33,870 nt of DNA. It comes from Elusimicrobiota bacterium. GTDB taxonomy: Bacteria > CG03 > SLGR01 > JAGXOG01. The DNA lies in the NCBI GenBank assembly GCA_051745145.1, contig JBNJDT010000014.1:1-33870 (forward strand), read 5' to 3'. Below the pieces are notes generated by a model, which was not told where the DNA came from, ran no database searches, and worked only from the letters and a program-made list of their open reading frames with translations. The position numbers and the translations under genes were made by a program. Positions 8,407 to 17,498 of this stretch are shown piece after piece; within the stretch, counting starts at the first letter, position 1, and each line of letters starts with the position of its first letter.

Positions 8407-10135
8407 CTAACTTAAAAAGCTCGTCCCTGCTTTCTCTTAAAACTTTAGAAATACCCTGATTGGCAGTAAAATTTTTCACTTTTTGAAAAAGCTTTTTGGA
8501 ACGCTCAACAGTGGTTTTTCTCACTACCTGCTTTACTTTGGGAATAGCCATAGCGTTCATAGAAAATTTTCGAAGTCCCATTCCCAAAAGTAACTCCGTA
8601 TACAGGGTATCCGAGGCCATTTCCCCGCACATGCTAACCCATATATCATTTTCATCGGCTGTTTTAATAACGTGTTCAAGCAGTCTTAAAACTGCTAAAT
8701 CCACCGGATTGTACATATAAGATACTGATTCTGAGATACGGTTAACGGCCAGGGTATACTGTATTAAATCATTTGTCCCTATACTGAAAAAATCTACTTC
8801 TCTGGCAAAAATTTCAGCCTCCAGGGCAGCGGAAGGGGTCTCTATCATAGCTCCAATTTCGATATTATCGTCAAAATCTATATCATTAGATCTTAAATCA
8901 TGCATTACTTCATCTAATATATGCTCTGCGGTCCTAAGCTCTTTAACCGTAGTTACCATAGGATACATTAAGGCAATATCATGATCCCGGGACGCCCTTA
9001 AAAAAGCCCTCAACTGGGTTTTAAAGAACCCGGGATACGCCAGGCTGAGCCTTATGCCTCTCATCCCCATAAATGAATTTCTCTCCGGAGAAAGTTTAAG
9101 CTGGGCGGACAACTTATCCGCACCCAGATCAACTGTACGAACCACTATTTTTTTACCGGACATTTTCCGGGAAATGCTAACTATACTGTCATAAATCTCA
9201 TCCTCGGACGGTAAATCCATCCGGTTTAAATAAAGATATTCCGTCCGGTATAAACCTATGCTGTCGGGACCATATTCAGAAATATAATCAGCCTCCTGTA
9301 CCTCTTCTATATTTGCGGAAATCGTCACCTTCTCCCCGCATCTGGTTACCGCCGGCTTATCCCGTAACTTAACTAAGCGCTTTCTATCCTCTCTAAGTTC
9401 ACTTTTTTTCTTTCTATACTCTCTTATAACAGAAGGATCGGGATTTATAAATACAAACCCCGTGTTCCCGTCAATTATAACTAAATCCCCCGGAGAAACC
9501 TCCCTGGATACTCTCTTTAATCCCACCACGGCCGGAATATTTAAAGATTCGGCCATTATAACAATATGGGAAGTTCTCCCCCCTATATCCGTAGCAAATC
9601 CGATAACTTTTTCTTTTCTAACTTTTACAGCATCGCTGGGATGAAGAGTATGAGCAATTAAAGCTACCCTGGTCTGTATATCTTTTAAAGTAGTCTGATT
9701 CTGTCCTAAAAGAATGCGCATCACCTTATTGCCGACATCCTGGATATCATTTACCCGGTCTTTCATATATTCATCATCCATCAGGGTAAAAGTTTTAGTG
9801 ATCCTGTCTACCACGGACTGAAGTGCATATTCGGCGTTTACACGTTCGTCGGAAATTATATTAAGAGTATCTTTATATAACAGCGGATCTTCCAGTATAA
9901 GATTGTAGGCATCAAATAACCGGGAATATTTTTTCCCTATATCCCGGGATACTCTATCTTTTTGCTGATTAAACTCTTCTCTGGCTTCGGAAATAGCATT
10001 TTTAAATCTGGTCTGTTCTTTCTTTACCTGTTTTTTTCCTATATTTCTCTTTATTACGCAATAGCTATCCTCCTCTAAAAGATGAGCTCTTCCTATTGCT
10101 ATTCCCGGAGAAGCGGGAGTACCTTTAAGTTTCAT
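8399..10135 (-). CDS. ptsI: PTS enzyme I (PEP-protein phosphotransferase)
   Basis: GGRTSH phospho-His, GLYRTEY, MIETPSA, FFSIGTNDLIQY and CGEMA. Confidence 0.96.
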   Translation of the reverse strand: MKLKGTPASPGIAIGRAHLLEEDSYCVIKRNIGKKQVKKEQTRFKNAISEAREEFNQQKDRVSRDIGKKYSRLFDAYNLILEDPLLYKDTLNIISDERVNAEYALQSVVDRITKTFTLMDDEYMKDRVNDIQDVGNKVMRILLGQNQTTLKDIQTRVALIAHTLHPSDAVKVRKEKVIGFATDIGGRTSHIVIMAESLNIPAVVGLKRVSREVSPGDLVIIDGNTGFVFINPDPSVIREYRKKKSELREDRKRLVKLRDKPAVTRCGEKVTISANIEEVQEADYISEYGPDSIGLYRTEYLYLNRMDLPSEDEIYDSIVSISRKMSGKKIVVRTVDLGADKLSAQLKLSPERNSFMGMRGIRLSLAYPGFFKTQLRAFLRASRDHDIALMYPMVTTVKELRTAEHILDEVMHDLRSNDIDFDDNIEIGAMIETPSAALEAEIFAREVDFFSIGTNDLIQYTLAVNRISESVSYMYNPVDLAVLRLLEHVIKTADENDIWVSMCGEMASDTLYTELLLGMGLRKFSMNAMAIPKVKQVVRKTTVERSKKLFQKVKNFTANQGISKVLRESRDELFKLDA

Positions 10136-10161
10136 GATTTATTGCCCTTTTAATTCCATAT

Positions 10162-10425
10162 CTATTCTCCAAAATCTCCTTTAACCAGTTTTTCAATCTC
10201 GGCCAGGGCCTCTTTTTCATCGTCGCCGTTTATTTTTACCAGAATTTTTGAACCTTTATTAACTGCCAGAGTCAGTATGCCCATTATACTTTTTCCGTCT
10301 ACTTCCAGCCCGTTTTTACTTATAATAATATCGGATTCAAATTTCGAAGCCCGTTCCACGAGTTTTGCCGCCGCCCGGGCATGAAGACCGGAGTCATTCG
10401 TTACTTCCAATTTCTTTTTTTGCAT
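10162..10425 (-). CDS. ptsH: Phosphocarrier protein HPr
   Basis: GLHARAA (His15) and DGKSIMG (Ser46). Confidence 0.95.
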   Translation of the reverse strand: MQKKKLEVTNDSGLHARAAAKLVERASKFESDIIISKNGLEVDGKSIMGILTLAVNKGSKILVKINGDDEKEALAEIEKLVKGDFGE

Positions 10426-11192
10426 TATATTATTGTCCTTATTATTAAATACGTTACAATTACCACGGCCGAAACTAAATATAGTAACTTTGTAGCTGAT
10501 ATATTTTTATATTTTCTTCTCAATAAAATTACTATTCCCGTACTTCCCATTAAACTTCCTCCTTTTAACCAGCCCCAGTTGTATACAGCCACCATAAGAA
10601 TAGCGGCTATAATTCCCATACCCATAAATGGCAATGTCCGGATAAACAAATTTTCTTTTATCTCCTTTAAAACATTGGCTATACCCGTTCTTTTAGTATA
10701 AGACGAATAAAGAGCCCGGGCCCTAAAATACAGATGAAACAGATTATATATAACAATGAACCCCAGGGGCACAAAATAAGCCCAGTATTTAGGAAAATCG
10801 TAGTCCGGCCTCAAACTGCAAATCACTCCAAAAACTCCTAAAAGCCCGACCAGGGGGCGCCAGGTAGACCAGAACAATTTATCACCCAGTGCCGCCAGCG
10901 GCCCCCCTATCTGTCTTTTGAAAGTATTTAAAGACTCCGGGGACTCTTTACCCTGTTTTATTTTCTCCTCCGCCCTCACTGAATATCCCAGCACAAACAT
11001 GGCCATATACGGATGGGTATTGAAAAAATGCAGATGCCGCAAACAGGCCTCCTTTAAATCTTTTTCATCGCCATATAATTTTTTAAGTTTGGGGAATATG
11101 GCATACAAAAATCCCAGGCTCTGCATTTTCTCAAAATTCCAGGTAGCCTGAAGTAAAAAAGCTCTAAAATAAATTTTAATAAACGCGCCGAT
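10425..11192 (-). CDS. PTS mannose/fructose/sorbose-family EIID; true start probably upstream of the ATG at 11126 (proposed ATC at 11192)
   Basis: RHLHFFNTHP and GPLAALGDKLFW motifs. The in-frame upstream sequence reads FRAFLLQATWNFEKMQ, the conserved IID N-terminal motif. Confidence 0.85.
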   Translation of the reverse strand: MGAFIKIYFRAFLLQATWNFEKMQSLGFLYAIFPKLKKLYGDEKDLKEACLRHLHFFNTHPYMAMFVLGYSVRAEEKIKQGKESPESLNTFKRQIGGPLAALGDKLFWSTWRPLVGLLGVFGVICSLRPDYDFPKYWAYFVPLGFIVIYNLFHLYFRARALYSSYTKRTGIANVLKEIKENLFIRTLPFMGMGIIAAILMVAVYNWGWLKGGSLMGSTGIVILLRRKYKNISATKLLYLVSAVVIVTYLIIRTII

Positions 11193-11823
11193 CTTTCCCT
11201 CCCGGAGATTTTTTAAATATAAATATAGTGGCAGAAGTCCCCAGTCCCACAGACGGAATTATATAAAATAGAAAATTAAAAGAGTCCTTAAGTAATCCGG
11301 GCAGCCAGCTAAACAAGACCGGAATAATTATCTGCCCGATATACATAACGGAGCCTAAAAATAAAAATGCTTTAAAAATAAAGAAAGCAGCGCTTAAATA
11401 CGTGGCCCGGTTTATATAACTGAAATTTCGTTCTTTACATTTTTTCTCTACATTTTTGACAAAATAGAGATTCCGGGCCCGGTGCAGAATATCCAGCTTT
11501 TTAAAAAGTATTCCCACGGGAACCAGCATTAAAACCAAAAAAACCATATAAGACTTACCTGTCGGGATTGAAGAACTGTTGGAAAAATAAGTTGCCAAAA
11601 CTGTTACTACGGTAGAATCAGCGGGAATAGCTCCCCCCATGGGAATAACCGTTATCCAGATAAGCTCCATAAGCATACCTATTAATAATCCCGAGATTAT
11701 ATCACCGGTCAAAAAGCCGATTAACGGTCCGGAAAATATAGGTCTGGAAATCATAAACTGTCCTACGACCGTTGAATCGCTTACGCATACACTTCCCGCT
11801 GCGGCAGCAAGTAATAAATTCAT
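11176..11823 (-). CDS. PTS mannose-family EIIC
   Basis: GQFMISRPI, GLLIG..MEL and GGAIP motifs; hydrophobic; lies between IIB and IID. Confidence 0.88.
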   Translation of the reverse strand: MNLLLAAAAGSVCVSDSTVVGQFMISRPIFSGPLIGFLTGDIISGLLIGMLMELIWITVIPMGGAIPADSTVVTVLATYFSNSSSIPTGKSYMVFLVLMLVPVGILFKKLDILHRARNLYFVKNVEKKCKERNFSYINRATYLSAAFFIFKAFLFLGSVMYIGQIIIPVLFSWLPGLLKDSFNFLFYIIPSVGLGTSATIFIFKKSPGGKDRRVY

Positions 11824-12302
11824 ATTGTTTCAATTAACTCCATTATATCAAATTTTCGGTCCTGGGGGAGTGCCCTTCCCTCTAATACAGTACCCATGGC
11901 ATTTATATCCTTAAAAATAGTTATATCCGAAGGCTTAACCACAATATTTTGTTTAAGCTTGCACTTATCCCCTTCACAGTGAATACATCCCACATTTACA
12001 GAATCTATCCTAACCCCGTAGTCTAAAAGGGCCAGTACATCTTTGGGTCTTTCAAATAATACTATAGTATCTTCTTTATCCATATAATCCTTATTAATTT
12101 TATTAGCCAGTTCTTCAATACCGAATATATCAACGCTAATCTCTGACGGTACCGAAAATTTTAAAATAGCTTTAAAATTCTGGTCTTTTTTCACCCGGTC
12201 AGATGCAATGACTATCCTGGTAAACTTTAAATTATGGACCCAGCCTTCAATTACCTGTCCGTGAATTAATCTGTCATCTATACGGTATACAACTCTGCTC
12301 AT
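11820..12302 (-). CDS. PTS mannose/sorbose-family EIIB
   Basis: RIDDRLIHGQV phospho-His motif and VNVG. Confidence 0.93.
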   Translation of the reverse strand: MSRVVYRIDDRLIHGQVIEGWVHNLKFTRIVIASDRVKKDQNFKAILKFSVPSEISVDIFGIEELANKINKDYMDKEDTIVLFERPKDVLALLDYGVRIDSVNVGCIHCEGDKCKLKQNIVVKPSDITIFKDINAMGTVLEGRALPQDRKFDIMELIETI

Positions 12303-12311
12303 AATAACTTT

Positions 12312-12719
12312 TTATTTACTATCTACTTTTTCCCTGCAGTTTAAAATACTCTTGACTCCCGCTTCTTCAACTATACGGGCCAGCTGATTTACATTTTTTA
12401 TTTTGTCTTTCTTGCTTACCGCTTTTATTAACATAGGTAAGTTTAACCCGGTAACTATTTCAACTGTATCCTCTTTCAAATAGGGTAAAGCTATATTTGT
12501 GGGAGTCCCTCCGACCATATCCGTCATAATTAAAATTGCACCGTCTTCTAATTTTCGGTTCATCAATTTTTTAAAATCTTCTTTTATTTTATCAAACGCC
12601 TGGGATCGTAAAACATTAAATTGTTCTATCCCGTCTGTTTTACCCATTATTGAATCAACAGAATTTAAAAGTTCTCTGCCGAAATTTCCGTGGGTTGATA
12701 TAATAATTTCTATATTCAT
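12312..12719 (-). CDS. PTS mannose-family EIIA (start probably ATG 12719 rather than TTG 12737)
   Basis: IISTHG, TDMVGGTPTN and TGLNLPML. Confidence 0.92.
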   Translation of the reverse strand: MNIEIIISTHGNFGRELLNSVDSIMGKTDGIEQFNVLRSQAFDKIKEDFKKLMNRKLEDGAILIMTDMVGGTPTNIALPYLKEDTVEIVTGLNLPMLIKAVSKKDKIKNVNQLARIVEEAGVKSILNCREKVDSK

Positions 12720-12726
12720 GATAATA

Positions 12727-13605
12727 TCATTCGCCAATATCTCTATCTGTCTTATATACTTTATAGTCTTTACTTTTTAAAAATTTTGCTAACTCGCCGG
12801 CCACAACTACTGACCTGTGACGCCCTCCGGTACAGCCGATTCCGATATTAATATAAGTCTTGCCTTCTTTTACATATCTGGGAACGATAAAATTCAACAG
12901 GTCTTTATATTTATCAATAAATTGCTTGCTTAAATCTTTTTTAAGTATAAAATCCCTAATTTTCTCATCGTTTCCCGTTAAATCAGAAAGGGTCGCTTTG
13001 TAATGGGGATTGGGTAAAAGCCGGGTATCAATCAGCATATCTATATCAGTGGGTATACCGTATTTAAACCCAAAAGCAACCAGATTAATCTGAACCGAAT
13101 GCTCTTTTTCTTCTACAATAATCTCTTTTAATTTGTGTTTTAACTGGTGCGGAGAAAGATTGCTTGTATCTATTATGTAATCCGCTTCTTTTCTCAGCCG
13201 GGATAATTTTTTTTTCTCTTCTTTAAGAGCGTCCTTTAACCTGCCCTTCCCTTTATCCAGCGGATGTCTCCTGCGGGACTCATTATACCTTCTTATAATA
13301 GTATCTTCGGAAGCCTCCATAAATATAATTTCGTTATTGTATCCTAACTCCTCCGTCCTGGATAAAATTTTAAAAATATCCTCCATAAAACCTTCACTTC
13401 TAACATCTATCCCCAGGGCAATGATAGATTCAGAATAGTTAGAACTTTTAATAAGTTTTACAAATTTCAACACCAGAGCCGCCGGCATATTATCCACACA
13501 AAAACCGCCGAAGTCCTCGATTGATTTAATAGCTACGCTTTTACCGGCTCCGGAAATCCCGGTAATGATTACTATATCCGGCTCTTTTTCCTTACAGCGG
13601 TTCAT
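12727..13605 (-). CDS. rapZ: RNase adapter RapZ (YvcJ/YhbJ family)
   Basis: ITGISGAGKS, CVDNMP, SRRRHPL, FGFKYG, RLLPNPHY and IGCTGGRHRSV. Confidence 0.95.
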   Translation of the reverse strand: MNRCKEKEPDIVIITGISGAGKSVAIKSIEDFGGFCVDNMPAALVLKFVKLIKSSNYSESIIALGIDVRSEGFMEDIFKILSRTEELGYNNEIIFMEASEDTIIRRYNESRRRHPLDKGKGRLKDALKEEKKKLSRLRKEADYIIDTSNLSPHQLKHKLKEIIVEEKEHSVQINLVAFGFKYGIPTDIDMLIDTRLLPNPHYKATLSDLTGNDEKIRDFILKKDLSKQFIDKYKDLLNFIVPRYVKEGKTYINIGIGCTGGRHRSVVVAGELAKFLKSKDYKVYKTDRDIGE

Positions 13606-14527
13606 TTTCCATTCTCTCCCGTACCAGCTCGTCCAGTTCTTCGCCGGGTATAACTCCCCTTTTTCTGAGCCGGTAATTCATTGCGGCCATCTCAACCATA
13701 TTTGCCGTATTTCTTCCCGGGGCAACAGGGATTTCTATATAGGGGATCTCTACATCAAAAATCTTTCTGAATTTTTGTTCTATACCCAGCCGTTCGTAAC
13801 TTTTATCATCCCTCCACTTTTCAAGTCCCACAATAATATCAACTTTTTGTACTTCTTTTACAGCTCCTATTCCCATTAATTTTATGATATCTACTATTCC
13901 CACACCTCTTAGTTCCATTCTGTGAGCTATGGGATATCGGCCCCGGGCCAAAACCACGCTCCCCGATCTTTTAGTTACTTTTACCACATCATCACCGACA
14001 AGACAGTGGCCCCGGTATAACAGATCGAGAGCACACTCACTTTTACCGATATTGCTCTTCCCGATAATTAAAACACCTATACCGAATACTTCCATCATTG
14101 TACCCCGGTGATTCTTGCTGGGAGCATAAATTTTTGTCAGTACCCGGTGGATTTCTCTTACAAATTTCCACCTTTCGGTCCTGGTTTTAAATACGGGCAC
14201 CTGTCTGTCTTTAGCTATCCGGAGAATCTTTTTATCCGGTTTAATCGCATCAGTAAAAATTATGCAGGGAATTTTATTTGAAAATATTTTCTTTAAGTTC
14301 TTTTCCTGTTCTTTCTCCCCGAGTTCTTTAAAAAAAGTCATACTCTTTTTATCTATCAGCTGAACCTGACCGGATTTTAATTTACTGGGAAAACCAACCA
14401 GCTCCAGTCCCAGGACATTTATATATTCGTATTTTATCTTATAATTTTTACCGTCCGGGACACCGACAGCTTCCATTCCTAACTTTGCCGGAAGCTTATT
14501 CAGTAATTCTTCAAGAGTTATTTTCAT
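13592..14527 (-). CDS. hprK: HPr(Ser) kinase/phosphorylase
   Basis: GKSNIGKSECALDL, LVGDD, MELRGVGI, YERLG and PVAPGRN. Confidence 0.95.
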   Translation of the reverse strand: MKITLEELLNKLPAKLGMEAVGVPDGKNYKIKYEYINVLGLELVGFPSKLKSGQVQLIDKKSMTFFKELGEKEQEKNLKKIFSNKIPCIIFTDAIKPDKKILRIAKDRQVPVFKTRTERWKFVREIHRVLTKIYAPSKNHRGTMMEVFGIGVLIIGKSNIGKSECALDLLYRGHCLVGDDVVKVTKRSGSVVLARGRYPIAHRMELRGVGIVDIIKLMGIGAVKEVQKVDIIVGLEKWRDDKSYERLGIEQKFRKIFDVEIPYIEIPVAPGRNTANMVEMAAMNYRLRKRGVIPGEELDELVRERMENEPL

Positions 14528-14535
14528 GATTATTT

Positions 14536-14991
14536 CTACAACTTTTTAATATATTTATATGCCTTCTTTTCATTCTCCATTTCCATTAACTCATTGCGCG
14601 ACTGATTATCTTTAAAAAAAGCAGATATCTCTGCAAGAGCCTGAAGGTGCTCATTTCTTTCTCCTTCGGGCGTTAGAAGTAAAAAGGATAAATAAACGGG
14701 CTTTCCATCCAGTGAATTAAACTCAATGCCTTCTTTAGAAATGCCAAAGGCCCCAACTATTTTATCCACATATTCTGTTTTTATATGAGGTATGGCAACG
14801 CCGTCGCCAATCCCGGTAGATCCCATCTTTTCCCTCTCCATCACTTTATCACAAATTTCATCGGCATTTTTCTCAGATATTTTTCCGTCCTCAACAAGAA
14901 GGGAAATCATTTCCTTTATATGTCCTAATTTATCTGTTTTTTCCAGATTCAACTTAATACAATTTTTATTAAGTAACTCTTTAATTCTCAT
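14536..14991 (-). CDS. ptsN: PTS EIIA (Ntr/fructose-type)
   Basis: ERE..GSTGIGDGVAIPH, F.SLDGKPV and HLQALA. Confidence 0.88.
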   Translation of the reverse strand: MRIKELLNKNCIKLNLEKTDKLGHIKEMISLLVEDGKISEKNADEICDKVMEREKMGSTGIGDGVAIPHIKTEYVDKIVGAFGISKEGIEFNSLDGKPVYLSFLLLTPEGERNEHLQALAEISAFFKDNQSRNELMEMENEKKAYKYIKKL

Positions 14992-15002
14992 TTTACTTCT
15001 CC

Positions 15003-15548
15003 TTACTGTAATATCATCATACCGTACGAACCATCATCTTGTGTGTAAACTATATTAAAAGTATCTTCCCCTTTTTCTTTATAAACCCAAAAATTCAGTT
15101 TCCTCTCTTGTAATGAATTTAAAGCTTCCCCCGTAGTCTGGGTCTTTATATTCATATTTCTAACTTCATCCAATTTAGGTTCTTCGGTTCTTTCTTCACT
15201 TTCTATTTCTTTTGTATCATCCCATATTAAATTGGCAACTTTAGAATAAGATGGTGCATTCTTGTGCTCTTTCATCTTATCAACCTTCTTTTTAAGCTGT
15301 TTGGTAACTTTATCCATGGCCAGATCTATAGCCGCATACATATCCCCGGCTACTGCTTTTCCGGCAATCCGTTTCTGGGCTATGTTAAGTAGTATTTCCA
15401 CTATGTGTCTCTCTTTTTCAACATCGAGAATAATTTTAACCTGGGTAATTCTCTCCGTGAATTTTTTTAATTTCAATACTTTTTTTTCAGCGTATTCTTT
15501 AAGTGACGGTGTCAATTCTAAATGTCTTGCCGTTACATTAACTTTCAT
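15003..15548 (-). CDS. hpf: Ribosome hibernation promoting factor (long HPF)
   Basis: VTARHLELT..LKEY..KK and DMYAAID...K..QL, plus a C-terminal domain ending DGSYG. AGGAGGT SD. Confidence 0.92.
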   Translation of the reverse strand: MKVNVTARHLELTPSLKEYAEKKVLKLKKFTERITQVKIILDVEKERHIVEILLNIAQKRIAGKAVAGDMYAAIDLAMDKVTKQLKKKVDKMKEHKNAPSYSKVANLIWDDTKEIESEERTEEPKLDEVRNMNIKTQTTGEALNSLQERKLNFWVYKEKGEDTFNIVYTQDDGSYGMMILQ

Positions 15549-15570
15549 AATAACTACCTCCTTATAGGTT

Positions 15571-16290
15571 TTACATTTTAAATTTATTTCCCAGATATAC
15601 TTTTCTGGCTGCCGGAGAATCTAAAAGTTCCTCCCGGTTACCGGACATTAATATCTGACCTTCATACATTATATAAGCTCTATCTATGATCTGCAGGGTC
15701 TCCCTAACATTGTGATCTGTTATAAGTATCCCCAGTCCATCTTCCTTAAACTGATGTAATATACCCTGAATATCGTTTACAGCAATAGGATCTATCCCCA
15801 CAAACGGTTCATCCAGAAGCATAATACCGGGATCTCGTATAAGGGACCTGGCTATTTCCACTCTTCTCTTTTCACCTCCCGAAAGCAGAAGAGCTTTTCT
15901 CTTTCGCACTTTATCTATTCCCAGCTTATCTATTAATTCATTACACTTTTTTTTAATTTTCTTATCTTCTTTGTAAACTGTCTGCAGTACAGCTTTCAAA
16001 TTATCTTCAACAGTTAAATTTCTGAATATTGAAGGTTGCTGAGTTAAATAACTTATCCCCATAAGAGCTCTCTTATACATGGGCAATTTAGTTATATCTT
16101 TACCTTCCATATACACTTTTCCGGACTCCGGGTCAATAAGACCGGTTATCATGTTAAAAGTTGTTGTTTTACCGGCTCCGTTTGGGCCCAATAAGCCCAC
16201 AATTTCCCCCCGGTTGACTTCTATGCCAACCCGGTCCACAACTCTTTTGCCTTTATAGGATTTTACCAAATCTTCACATTTCAGACTCAT
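15571..16290 (-). CDS. lptB: LPS export ABC ATPase LptB
   Basis: GPNGAGKTT, LSGGEKRRVEIAR, LDEPFVGIDP, ITDHNVRETL and YLG. Confidence 0.96.
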   Translation of the reverse strand: MSLKCEDLVKSYKGKRVVDRVGIEVNRGEIVGLLGPNGAGKTTTFNMITGLIDPESGKVYMEGKDITKLPMYKRALMGISYLTQQPSIFRNLTVEDNLKAVLQTVYKEDKKIKKKCNELIDKLGIDKVRKRKALLLSGGEKRRVEIARSLIRDPGIMLLDEPFVGIDPIAVNDIQGILHQFKEDGLGILITDHNVRETLQIIDRAYIMYEGQILMSGNREELLDSPAARKVYLGNKFKM

Positions 16291-16939
16291 CTAAATATAT
16301 CCTGGTATGGGCCTTTCCGTCAATTTCCAAATGTCCTTTATTGATATAATATTTCAGTTTATCCCCTCTATAAACAGACTTAAATTCTTCAGTTTCAGTA
16401 ACTGCCCGGGGCTGAGCAGCATTTCCCGCAAATTGCAATACGCCGTCTTTTCTTGAATACCGGGCAGTATCCGCGGTAATTCGGGTATTTTCCGTTTTAA
16501 CTTCCACGTTTTTTTCATACACCGCCGTTAAACCCTCCGAATAATTTATAAAGGCCCTTCGAGCTAATATTTCCACCCGCCTATTTTCGTTTGAATTGCG
16601 GGACCTGTATACAGTTTTGACATTCCGGTATAAATTTATATCTTTTTCTACTTGATTTATTATAACTTTATCGCACCATCCTTCAAGTTTAGCGGTCTTT
16701 GTGCTGTACTCCACCCGGATATTTCCGGTAGCTTCTACCCGGTTTTTTTCTCTGTATGAGACAGCTTTATCGGCCTTTATCCGGTAATTCTCCCCTGTTA
16801 TAATAACGTTGCCGGTAAATTCTGTTACCTGTCCCTTTTTAAGAATATCCATAGAAGAACTTTCAATATCTATGGCGGCATAGGACGCAGCGGCGGCAGC
16901 TGCAATAAATACAAATAACAGCGAAATTACTTTTTTCAT
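16274..16939 (-). CDS. lptA: LptA/OstA-family periplasmic LPS transport protein
   Basis: Signal peptide, repeated beta-jellyroll motifs (FTGNV, IKADKA, ATGNI, ITADTA), and position between lptC and lptB. Confidence 0.75.
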   Translation of the reverse strand: MKKVISLLFVFIAAAAAASYAAIDIESSSMDILKKGQVTEFTGNVIITGENYRIKADKAVSYREKNRVEATGNIRVEYSTKTAKLEGWCDKVIINQVEKDINLYRNVKTVYRSRNSNENRRVEILARRAFINYSEGLTAVYEKNVEVKTENTRITADTARYSRKDGVLQFAGNAAQPRAVTETEEFKSVYRGDKLKYYINKGHLEIDGKAHTRIYLDESEM

Positions 16940-16948
16940 TGTTTTAAG

Positions 16949-17479
16949 CTATTTAACCGTCCCGGAGACTTTTTCTTTTATAGTTATTTTTTCTAAATCC
17001 ATACTGGCCTCCATTCCCCGTCCTCTAATTATTCTCCCGTTATCTTTTATTTCAATCTCTTCATCGGTAATAAATTTTTTAACCTCCGGATCCCAGCGGA
17101 CATTGCTGGTTGTTATCTTCTTATCTTTTCTGGTAATTACTACTTTCCCCAGGGTTCTCATTTTTTGTGTCTTTCGGTTATAAACTCCCCGCTCGCCCTT
17201 TAAAAGAGTATCGTTTTTGCGGTCTTGATGATGAAAAGTCATGCTGAAATCCTGTATATTTAAAATCTGTTTGGAATCTTGTTCATCTTCTTTAAATACT
17301 GCCCGTTTGGCCTCCAGAGTCCATTTTCTCATCTGTCCGTCAGTTTTTACTAAAGTGAAATTATTTATAGCCCGGCCGTCTTTTTCTTCTGCCGGTTTTT
17401 CTGCCGGCTTATCTTGACACCCGACTCCAAATAAGAAAAGAATAACTGCAAAAATCTTTAAGATTTTTTTTATTTTCAT
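16949..17479 (-). CDS. lptC: LPS export protein LptC
   Basis: N-terminal anchor (possible lipobox GVG-C), W.L.A..A, G.GM.A.. and operon position. Confidence 0.8.
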   Translation of the reverse strand: MKIKKILKIFAVILFLFGVGCQDKPAEKPAEEKDGRAINNFTLVKTDGQMRKWTLEAKRAVFKEDEQDSKQILNIQDFSMTFHHQDRKNDTLLKGERGVYNRKTQKMRTLGKVVITRKDKKITTSNVRWDPEVKKFITDEEIEIKDNGRIIRGRGMEASMDLEKITIKEKVSGTVK

Positions 17480-17498
17480 ATATTTTTTTCTCTTTTCA

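Noticed and set aside
11176..11220. Programmed frameshift fusing PTS IIC and IID at TTTAAAAAA
   Set aside because: IID lies in the +1 frame relative to IIC, so the run is not a -1 slippery site in the IIC frame. An SD with an ATC start is the simpler explanation.
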